Assembly (NCBI RefSeq): GCF_963921235.1
Contig: NC_086109.1
Coordinates: forward strand, 26,228,001 to 26,292,000
Source: Mobula hypostoma
Taxonomy: Eukaryota
Reading direction: 5' to 3'
DNA: 64,000 nucleotides
Both the position numbers and the translations under genes were made by a program. Position 1 is the first letter of the stretch. Each line of letters begins with the position of its first letter. Below the pieces are notes generated by a model. The model did not search any database and was not told where the DNA came from. It saw nothing but the letters and a program-made list of their open reading frames with translations. Below, piece by piece: positions 25,925 through 38,520 of the stretch.

Positions 25925-26710
25925 GCTTCTTGACTTCCTTACCAGGAGACCACAGTCTGTGTAGATCGGAAGTACATCTCCTCCTTGATGACAATCACCT
26001 GGTTCTCCTCAAGGATGCATGCCTAGTCCTCTGCTCTGCTATCTCTACACACACATCTGTGTGGCTAGGTACAGCTCAAACACATCCATAAATTTGGCGA
26101 CGACACAACTGTTGTTGGAAGACATTCAGATGGTGGCGAGGAGGCATATACGAGTGAGATAGATCAGCTGGTTAAGTGGTATCACAGCAACACCTTTGCA
26201 CTCAATGTCAGTAAGGTCAAGGAATTGACTGTGGACTCCAGGAAGGGTAAGTTGAAGGGACATACAACAGTCCTCATCAAGAGATCAGAAGTGGACAGGG
26301 TGAGACAGTTTAAAGTTCCTGGGTGTCAGCATCTCTGGGCAGAACATATTGATGCATGACGGTGGGTATATTTCATTAACAGTTTGAGGAGATTGGTCTG
26401 TTACCAAAGACACTCGCTAATTTCTTCAGATTTCTCAATATTTTGTTTCCTTTTCTTTTTACACGACCTATTTAATTTATTTTAATATACTGTGTACCAA
26501 ATTTCTTATTTCTTAGTCCTGACGAAGGGTCTCGGCCTGAAACGTCGACTGCACTTCTTCCTACAGATGCTGCTTGGCCTGCTGCGTTCACCAGCAACTT
26601 TGATGTATGTTTCTTATTGTAATTTATAGTTTTTAATTACTACGTATTACACTGTACCACTGCCACAAAACAACAAATATCACAGCATACGCCAGTGATA
26701 GCAAGCTTAA
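25925..26710 (+). mobile_element. Rex1/Babar LINE fragment (RT region and 3' tail); an upstream piece lies at about 24950-25060
   Basis: Degenerate QG..LSPLL.SLYTH..KFGDDTTVVG RT motifs near 26010-26120. Confidence 0.65.
26511..26609 (+). mobile_element. About 100-nt PLE-derived insertion made of a hammerhead plus 3' tail
   Basis: Perfect hammerhead motif at 26515-26550 followed by the PLE 3' end. 9-bp TSD tttcttatt at 26502-26510 and 26610-26618. Confidence 0.8.
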
Positions 26711-27780
26711 TTCTAAAGTCCAAAGTTCAAAGTACATTTATTGTCAAAGTATGTATACTATATACAATGTGAGATGCACCTCCTTACAGGCAGCCACAAA
26801 ACAAAGGAACCCAAAGAACCCATTTTTAAAAAAACTGTCAAAACACCCAGCTTGCAGGGGGAAAAAAAACAAATCGTGCAATTAACATTCAGAACTGAAG
26901 TTGATGAAAGTGAGTTCGCACCCACAAATGCAGTTATCACTGCAGCTGATCCAGGAGCCAGTTAATTGCAGCCCAGAGCCTCAGTTCAGCGCAGAGACGA
27001 GTAAACCTCATGGAGCAGAAAGCTGAGCACCGGCCCATCCCCCTCCTCCAACCCTGTCACCCTGACATTTTCAACCTGGCTTAAATCGGCCAAACCTCAG
27101 GTCATTCCTTGCTCTCAGACCTGGGTTCTGCCACAATGACTTTATCTCGCCTCGTCTTGGTTCTGCTGCTTCAAATCACCACCAAGTCTACTCCAACAAC
27201 GGCCAAACATCAGCTGATTCCCTGCTCCCAGGCCCGGGACCTCACTGCCTCAATTTGGCCCCTACACGCCAGGCCGCAACCATCCTGCACTTTCAAGACT
27301 TCAATTCACACCACAAAAATGCCAGGTCGTACAGGCAGTGCAAAAGCTCAACTCCGAAAAGGAAGTTACAGACAAGTGAGTGCAGTGATCATTTCCAATA
27401 AAAGTGTGTTTAATGAAGTAGTTTGTAGTTTTGTTTACTGCCAGCAAGTCGTTGCTCTGCGTCACCACCACCATCTTAAAATTTTCTTTTGTGAGATCAC
27501 TCGAAGATTGTTGATGGTTTCCCTGTGAAACAAGTATTCTTGTATCAGTTTCAAGAATTGTATTATTTTGGTCTCTTGCAGCTTTGGCATTTGTTTATGT
27601 GGTTGTGATGCTGGAGCTAGCTGCACAGATGCGTAGCGAGGAAATGGACAATACTCTTCCAGCTACTGAGGAGAACCCTGCTGCTTCTAAAATGGGCACC
27701 ACAATGATGCAAGAATGAAAAAAGAGTGACCCTCTGGGTCCTGGGCAGGATCTTGGTGCATAGTAGCATCATGAGGGCTG

Positions 27781-28915
27781 TTCTTTGTGCAAAGGCTATG
27801 GAGGTCCCTTGGGGCTACAAGACAGACACACCTAGCAAGAGGTTACCAGGGAGATCCACAACCAGTTCTGAGGATAAACATCTGCTTCAGAGATGTCTGT
27901 AATTGTATGGTTTTCTAATACTCACTCTGCATTCTCTCTTGTGGACTGATAGAAATGTAGATGCAGTTTTCTTGCCTTGGATAACCTCTGGAAACAGGGA
28001 ACAACAATCTTGGGATTATGGCAACAATCACTAATAGCGACCAGGAATGCTCTTGAGGCTGACAAGCTGTGGTCTTGACATTGGCAGAGCAAGATGATAT
28101 GAGCGTACAGGAGGCCAGAGATCTCAGTGTGCACTGTCTAGTTGAAGAATGGCATATCCAGCCATTGTTTTTTGAAGGAGATTAGCTATGACCCTTTCAA
28201 TGTCTTCTCTTGCATCGTCCCTTGGTAATATGGTCTGTTTCTTGCCGTTCAAAAAGAGATGAATTAGATGAAGTAAAATTCCTATCAGATGTAAAATTGT
28301 TGAAGAGTCATTGAAGATGTAAGGAAGACCAAGTTTCAAGTGTGAGCAGTGAGGGTGCAGAGTGCTGTCAATCAGTCTGGCAAAGGTTGCTATCCCTTTA
28401 ACTAGCACATGGAAGCAGGTGCCTAAAAATTGGATCACATAACTTTTTCAGTGAACGGTGACCCAAAAATTAATGTCACCCAGAGTAAATCAGTTACTAA
28501 TTATTTTGGCTGAAATCTTACAAACCATGAAAATGAACTCGGCAGTTCAGTTCAGGATCCATGGAACCGCTCTGATATATTTTTTAATGTTAAGTGTGCA
28601 CCTAATGCCATGAATGTTTGTGCAACACGAGTTTGAAGTTTTCCCGAACTAAGCCTGGAGTCCCAGTTCCAGTCACAGGAAAACAAGTTGCACAATCCAA
28701 TGAGTTTTACATTTCAAAGTGATTTAAAGAGACGCTTGTCTCATAATGGACCAATTTACAAGGCTGATGCAAAACATGCTAAGAATACCATACAGTTACA
28801 GACATCTCTGAAGCAGATGTCTGTCCTCCGAACTGGTTGTAGATCTCCCAGGTAACCTTTTGCTATGTGTGCCTGGCTTGTAGCCCTATGGGGCCTCCAT
28901 AGCCTTTGCACAGAG
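27781..28915. repeat. About 135-bp imperfect inverted repeats (27781-27917 / 28782-28915) around an unidentified ~860-bp interior
   Basis: ttgtgcaaaggctatggagg...catctgcttcagagatgtctgtaattgtatgg recurs as its reverse complement. Confidence 0.7.
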
Positions 28916-31764
28916 TTCTGAAATGCAGCTGAAACCAGCAAAGAATATAATAGGAGCTTGACTGGTCACTGGTCACTGGTCCAGGTGATGGAGAATTTCC
29001 TACACGAGTTTAATGAAGCCCACTGCCAAAGGATGCAATCTCCTATCTCTCCTTTCTCGTTTATTACTCAGTTTTTACGTCAGTGAATGCTGATGGGCAA
29101 ATAATCTATATTATACATTTCTGGCTTGATATATATTTAGGAGATAACTGTCTCTGAGGGGTTCTGTAGGAGATATGGATGGGATTATAAGTGAAGATAT
29201 GTATGTATATGTATATCTGTACATTTCTCCTGGCATTGCTCCATTTTAAGTTAGTCCTCCTTTCTGGCCTGTATCTCATTCACCAGCACTTCATTGTCTC
29301 TCAAAGAGAATTGGTGCCCTTCCCTGGCTCTCTGCCTTTCATGACAGCTAGAAGGTGTGGCTCTGGGGCTGTAACCTTAAAGGCTATTGCCTTTCTTTGA
29401 CTGATGCATCGTGAAGTGGCTGAATTGAATTTAGCCTGTTGCCTGGGGCAACTTGAAAGCCAGCAATTCCTTCCACACCTTAACCAACCCTGCAGTCTTT
29501 CAGCAAGTTTCCAATTCAGTATAAGTGCTAGGCACAACAATGTTTAAAGGCAGGGCTAGAGTGTGGGTGGGCTGTGATACAGAGGCAGAATTTCAAACAT
29601 TACACCAAGTATTACGGCAAGTTGTGGAACTCTACAATGGATACCTTTCACCCTGACAGGTTCTCCAGTAAAATATTAGTTGGTGGACTGCCCTTGCTTC
29701 TATTTACATAGTGTGGTGGACCAGCTAGATCTGGTCCCTGTCCAGGGATACTAGATCTAAGGGAGATCTGTTCCCCAGGGCAGTGAGTTATCTCAGTATT
29801 AGAAGATAGTGTGATGTAGGGGTTATATTGTGTCGGGAGGATGTATAGCCTCTCGAGTGACAAGAAGCAGCACTTTGCATATTTAATTACATGATAGAAA
29901 ACCAAACAATAAATAACATACTTTGTGAATATGTATTTTCACTTACGGGTGGCATAAAACAAACCATTATTATATCAGGCGAAACAGCCAGAATGGGCGA
30001 GGAGGCCAAGGGCCTAGGGTAAAGAAGTCATCTGCGACTCGGCCACAGATGAAGCAAGGTTATTCCAGCAGCAACAGAGCAAGCAACAAATCACTTGAAA
30101 TAGATGCATTGGTGCCCTGGTTCTCTTTGTAAGTTGCTTGTGGAATTGATGGTGTTTGTTTCAGAACTTGCTTTGTGGATAATTGTAGCCAGCGACCCAG
30201 GATCCACAACTACTGCTATAACAATGCTGAGGATTGTCACCAAGAAAGTTTTCAGACTTCCCAAAAAAAAAGTTACTATTATCATGCTGCAAGGACAAAT
30301 GCTGCACAAGGGTACTGCAATCTTAGCATTTCCTGCACACTGTAAGCCTTGCATTGCATATCTCCTAGTTCTATTTTTATAGTTCTAGTTCATGTTTTAA
30401 AAAATGCAAAGGTTGTATTAAATCCCAGTTCCAATAATACATCTCACAACACAAATATGAGAAGGGTGAACTTCAAACTAACCATGAGCTTTTTCAGCAT
30501 TTTGATATCATGGAACCTCTTCGCTTGGCACCACAAGGATAATCCAAGGCCAATAATGGGAACAGAGTCCAACTAGTATATTGTTCATTACTTTCCTTCC
30601 TGAGATGCCTTCGCAGTTTTCTAATTTTGGTTTGGTTCCCAGACTTTTTTTTAAATAGGGTAAAATTAATCTTGTATCAAATCAATTTTGTCTTGTTGGT
30701 AGATCGACCTGAAAGTTCCAAGTTATTTTCCATCACACCTGCTGGATGTTAGTATGTTTATTTCTTATTTTCTGTGTAAAGAAGACCCTTAGAAGTCTCA
30801 GGTCAAAACTTCATTTTGGGGTATGCTTCTCTAACATTGCCACTGTCAGTCCACAGGAAGGCCAGTCACATGACCTCTCACATGTCAGCCTTACATTGCA
30901 TATCTCCATTCAGAGTTCCAAAGGATTGCCAAGGGGTTTCTGAGTAATTAATAGTGCAGTATGCCGAAGGTCAGAAGTAACAGCCTGTTAAATCACATTA
31001 AATTAGAGCTTTATTAACATACCTAAAATGTGAACCTGCCACCTGGGAGTAGATTGGTTGCCTGAAGTAAAGCCCAGAGTAGTGGAGTTGATAGCTTTGT
31101 GACAGAGTATCCATTTTCCCCAGACATAACTCCCTTTGTACCCACCAGCACTCACTTGCCAATTTCAATGGGGAATTATGCCATCAGTGAAATGTGTGTG
31201 GAACTTAATATACTATACAAATAGGTGTTTCATAGATGGATTAGCAGATTTCAATTTTTTTTTAATGTATTGCTTTTAGGTGATTGTATAATATTCTCTG
31301 AAAGGCATTGATAAATTTGCCAGAGTTTCCACAGAGAAATTGTCAGATTAAATCTACGCATTGATAAGAGAGATCAAAAACTGAATTTCAGCTTTGAAGC
31401 CTCTATGGAGGGTTTGAAGCAGGTAACCTATTTTTATAGGATTGATTTATTTTTAGATAATATGGTGCAAAGCATACTTTTTAAATATACTTGAATCCTG
31501 AAAGAGTAAATGCACTCAAAGGTTTACATCATAATACCCCGAAACAAATTGAAGGATTTATAAATCAAATCATTATGTTGGATTAAAATATTGTTTTTCC
31601 TAGTTAGTGCCCACACAGTTTAGAATAAATTGGGTAAATAAAAATGGCAATGAATATGCATCTGGTGTCTTTTTTCATCAATGACTTTTTCCCTCTCTTA
31701 GATTGAAGTGAATGTTAGCTAGGGCAACTTCAGATAGTTACTTACACTTGTGAATGCAAACACA

Positions 31765-33230
31765 CAGTTCCTATAAAAAGTATTCACGCCCCCCCCCCAA
31801 GTTTTCATGTTTTATTGTTTTACAATATTGAATCAGAGTGGATTTAATTTGGATTTTTTGACACTGATCAACAGAAAAAGACACTTTCGTGTCAAAGTGA
31901 AAACAGATCTCTACAAAGTGCTCTAAATTAATTACAAGAATAAAACACAATATAATTGATTACATAAGTATTCACCCCCTTCAAGTCAGTATTTAGTAGA
32001 TGCACATTTGCAGCAATTACAGCCTTGAGTCTGTATGGATAGGTCTCTATCAGCTTTGCATATCTGGACACTACAATTTTTCCCCATTCTTCTTTACAAA
32101 ACTGCTCAAGCTCTGTCAGACTGCATGGGGATCATGAGTGAACAGCCCTTTTCAAGTCCAGCCACAAATTCTAAATTGGATTGAGGTCTGGACCCTGACT
32201 TGACCACTCTAGAACATTAACTTTGTTGTCTTTAAGTCATTCCTCTCTAGCTTTGGCTTTATGTTTGGTGTCACTGTCTTTCCGGAAAACAAATCTTCTC
32301 CTGGTCGCAGTTCTCTTGCAGACTGCTTCAGGCTTTCCTCCAGGATATCTCTATATTTTGTTACATTAATTTTACCCTCTACCTTCACAAGCCTTCCAGG
32401 GCCTGCTGCAGTGAAGCACCCTCACATGCAGTGTTCAGCTTACGGCAAACTTACCATTTAGTTTGATGGCAAAAAGCTCAATTTTGGTTTCATTGGACCA
32501 TAGAACCTTCTTCCAGCTGACTTCAGAGTACCCCACATGCCTTTTGGTAAACTCGAGCTGCGACGTGAGTTTTTCTCAACAGTTGCTTTCTCTTTGCTAC
32601 TTTCCCATAAAGCTGTGACTGGTGAAGCACCTGGGCAACAGTTGTTGTATGTGCTGTCTCTCCCATCTCAGCCACTGAAGCTTCTAACTCCTCCAGAGTT
32701 GTCATAGGTCTCTTGGTGGCCTCCCTTGCTAGTCCTCTTCTTGCATGTTTACTCCGTTTTTGAGGATGGCCTGCTCTAGGCAGATTTATAGGTGTGAATA
32801 TTCTTTCCATTTCTTGATGATTGACTCAACTGTACTCCAAGGGATATTAAGTGACTTGGAAATTTTCTTGTATCCATCTCGTGACTTGTGCTTTGAATTA
32901 CCTTGTTGCAGAGTTGCTTGGAGTGTTCCTTTGTCTTTATGGTGTTGTTTTTGCCAGGATACTGACTCATCAGCAGTTGGATCTCCCAGAAAGAGGTGTG
33001 TTTTTACTATAATCAGTTGAAACACCTTAACTGCACACAGGTCTCCAAAAACAGATCTCCATTTATCTAATCATGCAACTTCCAAAACTAATTGGCTGCA
33101 CCAGTATTAAAGGGGGGGGGGGGTGAATACTTATGCAAACAATTATTTTGTGTTTATATTCTTATTAATTTAGTTCACATTGGAGAGCTTTGTTTTCACG
33201 TTGCCACAGAAGAGTATTTTTCTGTTGATC
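31765..33230 (-). mobile_element. Tc1-family (IR/DR type) transposon with degraded transposase
   Basis: Long TIR starting cagttcctataaaaagtattca with internal aagtattcaccccc repeat; partial right TIR at 33110-33230. Transposase pieces GYKKISKSLNIPWSTVESIIKKWKEY and LAREATKRPMTTLEEL (ORFs 32786..33025, 32523..32810). Confidence 0.88.
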
Positions 33231-34332
33231 TGGCTACATTGACATAATAATCTAATACTTAGAAATAATGCTTAGAGATTCTGGTGCCTTCCTTCCCAGT
33301 CCTGAAGATGGGTCACAGACTGAAATGTTGACTGTTTATTCATTTCCATAGATTCTGCCTAACCTGTGTGTTGCTTTGGATTTCTAGCATCTACAGAGTT
33401 TCTTTATCCTTAGAATACTGTATTAATATTTAGAAGAATTTTTATTTGTATTTCTCAACTCCACCAAAGTTTTTCTGCTAGACCTAAAAAATACAATTAG
33501 AATAGAAACAAACCTTTTAATTAATAGCTGCTATATTTTATATAAAAAAGATATTTTTCTTCTTCCTACTAATCACAACAATGGGCTTCAGAGACTGAGA
33601 GCCAAATGCAGGAGAAGAAAGGTTGTTTTAAGAATACAGTTTAACTGCAGAATCTTCCTGAAACAAAAGAAAGTCTGGAAACACCTGTGACTAATAAATG
33701 AGTTTTGCTGAAGTTTATAAAATGCTGAAAATGATCTGATCAAATGCTAATAATATTTTTACCTCCTTATTCTCAGCTGTTTTCTCTTGGGCTTTTCACT
33801 GTACAGTACTGGTGTTTTTGGAGACCAATATGAACTTCAGCTTTTGAATTCCCCCAACTTTTCTGTCATTAATTTTAATGGAACTGATGTGCTCTAATTC
33901 AGAATATTCCTGCTGCTGGTTTAGATCTGCATCAAGGCCAGAAATGTATTGTTGTTATAATAATATTATATGATTGTCTGATAGCATCTTTTGGGTTGTG
34001 AGGTAGAAATGGTTAATAGAATGACATCACCACTTGCGGAAATCTGTTTCCCATTACCACCTTCTGGGTTTAGAAAATATGAAAATTATATTGATATAAT
34101 AATGTGAATATGAACTGAATATAATTTGCAAGATGCTGGCAGAGGGCCAAATAGACTGCTTTTGAGCTAACATTCAATAATTTTAACATAGATTTTTGTG
34201 TTCTTGTACATTAAAAAGAGGACTTAATTTTGCACTCTGGTATTTTTGTGAGCAGGTTTGTTGACTGTAGATTCTTACAAGTTTACACAATTAAACCTGA
34301 TGCATTTCATGATTCCAGAATATTAAAGGGTT

Positions 34333-34561
34333 TGAAGCACCTTCAATTGCTCCAAAAGACTGACGTTTGGTAAAATACTGAAAAGCTTTTATCCGCTGTA
34401 CAATACGACCTCCATAGTGAGTGTCTGCCCCCGGACTGAGGGGGAGGGGCAAGGCGAACACCTTTATACAGGACTCTGTGGGAGGAGCCACAGGGGCAGT
34501 CAGCAGAGGTGTGTGTCCAGACAGGTAACCGAGTTACAACATATACACATGGTTTACCACA
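34333..34561 (-). repeat. 3' LTR, preceded on the minus strand by PPT aaaaaaaggaggggtgaa (34562-34580)
   Basis: Direct repeat of 38521-38749. Confidence 0.95.
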
Positions 34562-34630
34562 TTCACCCCTCCTTTTTTTAAAAAGAGTCCCGCGGGGTGA
34601 AGTGACTGACAATATTTACAAGAAGTATAT

Positions 34631-37300
34631 TTACAGGTTAAGTTTATCAGGCGGTCGAGTCCGTCGCTGTGATCTACGTAGCACCGGCGGTGATTGCACC
34701 GGCGATGGCGGTTGTGCTGGCTCCGGCCTGACTTCAGGTGCCAGCACGTTAGGCGTCGGTAATCCCTCGTGCGTGTGCGTCGCACCTGGTATGGGAGTGT
34801 CGTGTGGTGTCTGTATAGTGTTTGGGGTGCACGGTGTCTTGTAGGTACATACATTGGTGGGTACGGGGTCAATAGTCACCACGGAGTGTTCAGGGTAGGG
34901 GCCCGGAGCTCCTGCGGGCGCCAGGTCGCGGATGGAGACCGTGTCCTCCCGCCCATCAGGTAAAACCACGTAGGCATACTGGGGGTTTGCATGAAGTAAG
35001 TGAACCCTCTCGACCATCGGGGAGTATTTATTGCTCCTCGCATGTTTCCGAAGCAGCACTGGCCCCGGGGACGTCAGCCAAGTTGGTTCCAGTGGTCGAT
35101 TTTCTGGGAAAGGAAAAGAGCCGCTCATGAGGGGTGGCATTGGTGGCTGTGCATAACAGGGAGCGGATGGAGTGGAGTGCCTCGGGAAGGACCTCCTGCC
35201 AGCGGGAGACCGGCAGTCTCTTTGACCTGAGGGCTAAGAGTGTGGCTTTCCACACTGTGCCATTCTCCTTCTCCACCTGTCCATTCCCCCGGGGATTATA
35301 GCTCGTGGTCCTACTGGTTGCAATTCCCCTAGCCAGTAGATATTGGGGCAGCTCGTCACTCATAAATGAGGACCCTCTGTCACCGTGGATATAGCATGGG
35401 TATCCGAACAGAGTGAAGAGCTTGCGCAGGGCTTTTATAACTGACGTGGTAGTGGTGTCGGGGCAGGGGATGGCGAAGGGGAACCGCGAGTACTCGTCAA
35501 TTACGTTAAGAAAGTACACATTGCGGTCGGTGGAGGGAAGGGGGCCCTTAAAGTCAACACTCAGTCGCCCAAAGGGTTGGGTGGCCTTGATGAGTGGTGC
35601 CTTTTCGGGTCGGTAGAAGTGCGGTTTGCACTCTGCGCAGACTTGGCAGTCCCTGGTCATCATCCTGATCTCCTCAAGGGAGTAAGGCAGGTTCCGGGCT
35701 TTCACAAAGTGGAAAAGCCGGGTGACTCCCGGGTGGTAAAGGTCTACATGTAGGGCGTATAGCCGGTCGATCTGTGCGCTGGCACATGTTCCCCGGGATA
35801 GGGCATCGGAAGGCTCGTTGAGCTTCCCAGACCTGTACATGATGTCATAGTTGTAGGTGGAGAGTTCGATTCTCCACCTCAGAATTTTATCATTTTTGAT
35901 TTTGCTCCGCTGCTGATTATTAAACATGAACACGACTGAGCGCTGGTCAGTCAGCAGGGTGACCTTTTGCCAGCAAGCTAGTGCCTCTAGTGCCTTATAG
36001 CTTCCACTATGGCCTGAGCCTCTTTCTCTACCGCAGAGTGCCGAATTTCAGGGCCTTGAAGGGTACAGGAGAAGAACGCCACTGGTCTTCCTGCCTGGTT
36101 GAGGGTAGCAGCCAGCGCAAAGTCGGAGGCGTCACTCTCTACTTGGGAATGGCCTCATCCACCGCATGCATTGCTGCTTTGGCAATGTCCCCTTTTATGC
36201 GGTTGAAGGCCGTACGGGCCTCGGCAGAGAGGGGGAATGTGGTGGACTTGACCAGGGGGCGGGCCTTGTCTGCATATTTAGAGACCCATTGGGCGTAATA
36301 TGAAAAGAAGCCCAGGCACCTTTTGAAGGCTCTGAGGGTATTGGGAAGAGGGAGTTCCAACAGGGGGCGCATACGGTCGGGGTCAGGGCCAATGACTCCA
36401 TTCTCCACGACACACCCAAGGATAGCAAGTCGGGTGGTCCCAAATACACACTTGTCCTTGTTATAGGTGAGGTTGAAAGATTTGACCGCTTGGAGAAATT
36501 TTTGGAGGTTGTTGTCGTGATCCTGCTGGTCATGACCGCAGATGGTGATGTTATCCAGATATGGGAACGTGGCCTTCAGTTGGCACTGGTCCACCATCTG
36601 GTCCATTGCCCTCTGGAAGACAGATACACCATTCGTGACACCAAAGGGGACGCGCAGGAATTGATAAAGCCTGCCGTCCGCCTCGAAGGCAATGTAAGGG
36701 CAGTCCTCCCGGCGGATGGGGAGCTGATGGTAAGCGGATTTTAGGTCTATGGTCGAGTACACCTTGTACTGTACTATCTGATTGACCATATCCGCGATGC
36801 GGGGTAGAGGGTACACGTCGAGCTGCGTGAACCTATTGATGGTCTGGCTATAGTCCACGACCATCCTATTCTTCTCCCCGTTCCGAACAACCACCACCTG
36901 GGCCCTTCAAGGACTTGTCCTTGCCTCAATGACCCCCTCCCTGAGCAGCCGCTGCACCTCTGACTTAATGAAAGCTCTGTCCCCCCGCGCTGTACCTCCT
37001 GCTTTTAGTTGCCACGGGTTTACAGTCGGGGGTCAGGTTGGCGAACAGCGGTGGGGGAGGGATCCTGAGGGTGGAGAGGCCGCAAGTGGCGTTGGTAGTG
37101 TGGCAGTTGGCATGATGTTGGGTGGGATGCGCGGGTCGGTGTGTGTGTGTGGTCAGTAGCGGGGTACATGACGTATCTCTACAAAACAGGGGATTTATGA
37201 CAGTAATTGGCGGGAGGGGCCCATCATACTTCATTGTCACGTTTTTCAGGTGGCTCTGGAAGTCCAACCCCAACAGCACAGGGGCACACAGCTGAGGCAA
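34631..37300 (-). pseudogene. Gypsy pol (RT, RNase H, integrase) broken by frameshifts
   Basis: RT: RMVVDY, IDLKSAYHQ, VPFGVTN, YLDN (ORF 36139..36897). Integrase: HHCC (LHVDLYH..CQVC) and D,D,E (VDFKG, GDRG, VEKEN) in ORF 35028..35933. C-terminal piece 34631..35140. Confidence 0.92.
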
Positions 37301-37333
37301 GACCAGTAACTTAAAGTCTCGATATTCTGTGCC

Positions 37334-38494
37334 CTACACCATTAGCATCGCGACACAACCCCTCCGGATGTCTGTTGTATGCGACCCGGAGGCCATGGTG
37401 ACCCTCCGACTTACCGGCCGTATCATGAGTCCACAATGCTGCACCGTGGCCGGGTGGATAAAACTCTCCGTGCTGCCTGTGTCAAACAGGCAGCTTGTCC
37501 TGTGCCCCTCCACCAGGATGTCCATCATTGACCTTGCGAGCTGGTGGGGAGCGCTTTGGACGAGGGTCACTGAAGCCAGGGTGGGGTCGCTGTCTTGGTC
37601 CGGCGTGGTGGGGTGGCCCGTGAGCACCCGTTGGTCGTAGGCAGTGGGAGGTGGCGCTGACCGAGATGGCCGCCCCCATGTCTCGCACGTGGTGGCAGTG
37701 TGCAGGGAAGATGGCAACCCCCACGTCTCGCACGCGGCGCTGCTCGATCCCGCTCGCGGTTTTGACTTACAGACCTTGGTGAAGTGGCCCTTCTTTCCGC
37801 AGCTGGAACAGGTAGCTTGTCGGGCCGCGCAGCGTTTCCGGGGGTGCTTCTCCAGTCCGCAGAAGTAGCACTTCGCGGACTCACGACTGGCTGCAGCCGA
37901 GGTCGATTCGCCGGCGGGTTGCGGGGTCTGCGGCGCCCACAAGGCCGTGGGGGGATCGTGTGCCTGGAGAGCCTCAGAGTTATGCAGAGCGGCCTCCAAC
38001 GTATCAGCCAGCTCGATCGCCGAACTTAGGGTAAGATCGGTTTTTTCTAGCAGCCGCTGGCGCACGTACACTGACCTGGTCCCCGTAACGAAGGCGTCTC
38101 TCACTAGGAGTTCTGCATGCTGCGCCGCCGTCAGCTCCTGGCAATTGCAGGCCCGCACGAGTGTCTGTAGGGCCTGGACAAACTCAGCACTCGATTCCCC
38201 GGACCGTTGTTGCCGTGTCGCCAAGCGATGCCAAGCATAGACACTGTTTATCGGCCGCAGGTATTGTCTTTTGAGTGCGTTCATCACGCCGTCGTAGTTT
38301 GGCTGGTCTCTGATCAGCGAATAAACCCGTGGACTGACCCTGGAGAGTAGAACTCTGCGCTTTGCTACGGGGTCGGTCGCTTTAATCTCCTCTAGATACG
38401 CTTCGAAGTAGGCCAGCCAGAGTTCGAAAGCGTTTCCAGTGTCAGGCATTTGTAGATCGAGGTCTAATTTGTCTGGTCTCAGGGCCTGTTCCAT
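37334..38494 (-). CDS. Gypsy gag plus aspartic protease (frameshifted at the end)
   Basis: Two zinc knuckles (CYFCGLEKHPRKRC, CSSCGKKGHFTKVC) and protease motif LFDTGS. Confidence 0.9.
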   Translation of the reverse strand: MEQALRPDKLDLDLQMPDTGNAFELWLAYFEAYLEEIKATDPVAKRRVLLSRVSPRVYSLIRDQPNYDGVMNALKRQYLRPINSVYAWHRLATRQQRSGESSAEFVQALQTLVRACNCQELTAAQHAELLVRDAFVTGTRSVYVRQRLLEKTDLTLSSAIELADTLEAALHNSEALQAHDPPTALWAPQTPQPAGESTSAAASRESAKCYFCGLEKHPRKRCAARQATCSSCGKKGHFTKVCKSKPRAGSSSAACETWGLPSSLHTATTCETWGRPSRSAPPPTAYDQRVLTGHPTTPDQDSDPTLASVTLVQSAPHQLARSMMDILVEGHRTSCLFDTGSTESFIHPATVQHCGLMIRPVSRRVTMASGSHTTDIRRGCVAMLMV

Positions 38495-38520
38495 GTTTTA
38501 AAATGTACAGTGAATAAAAT

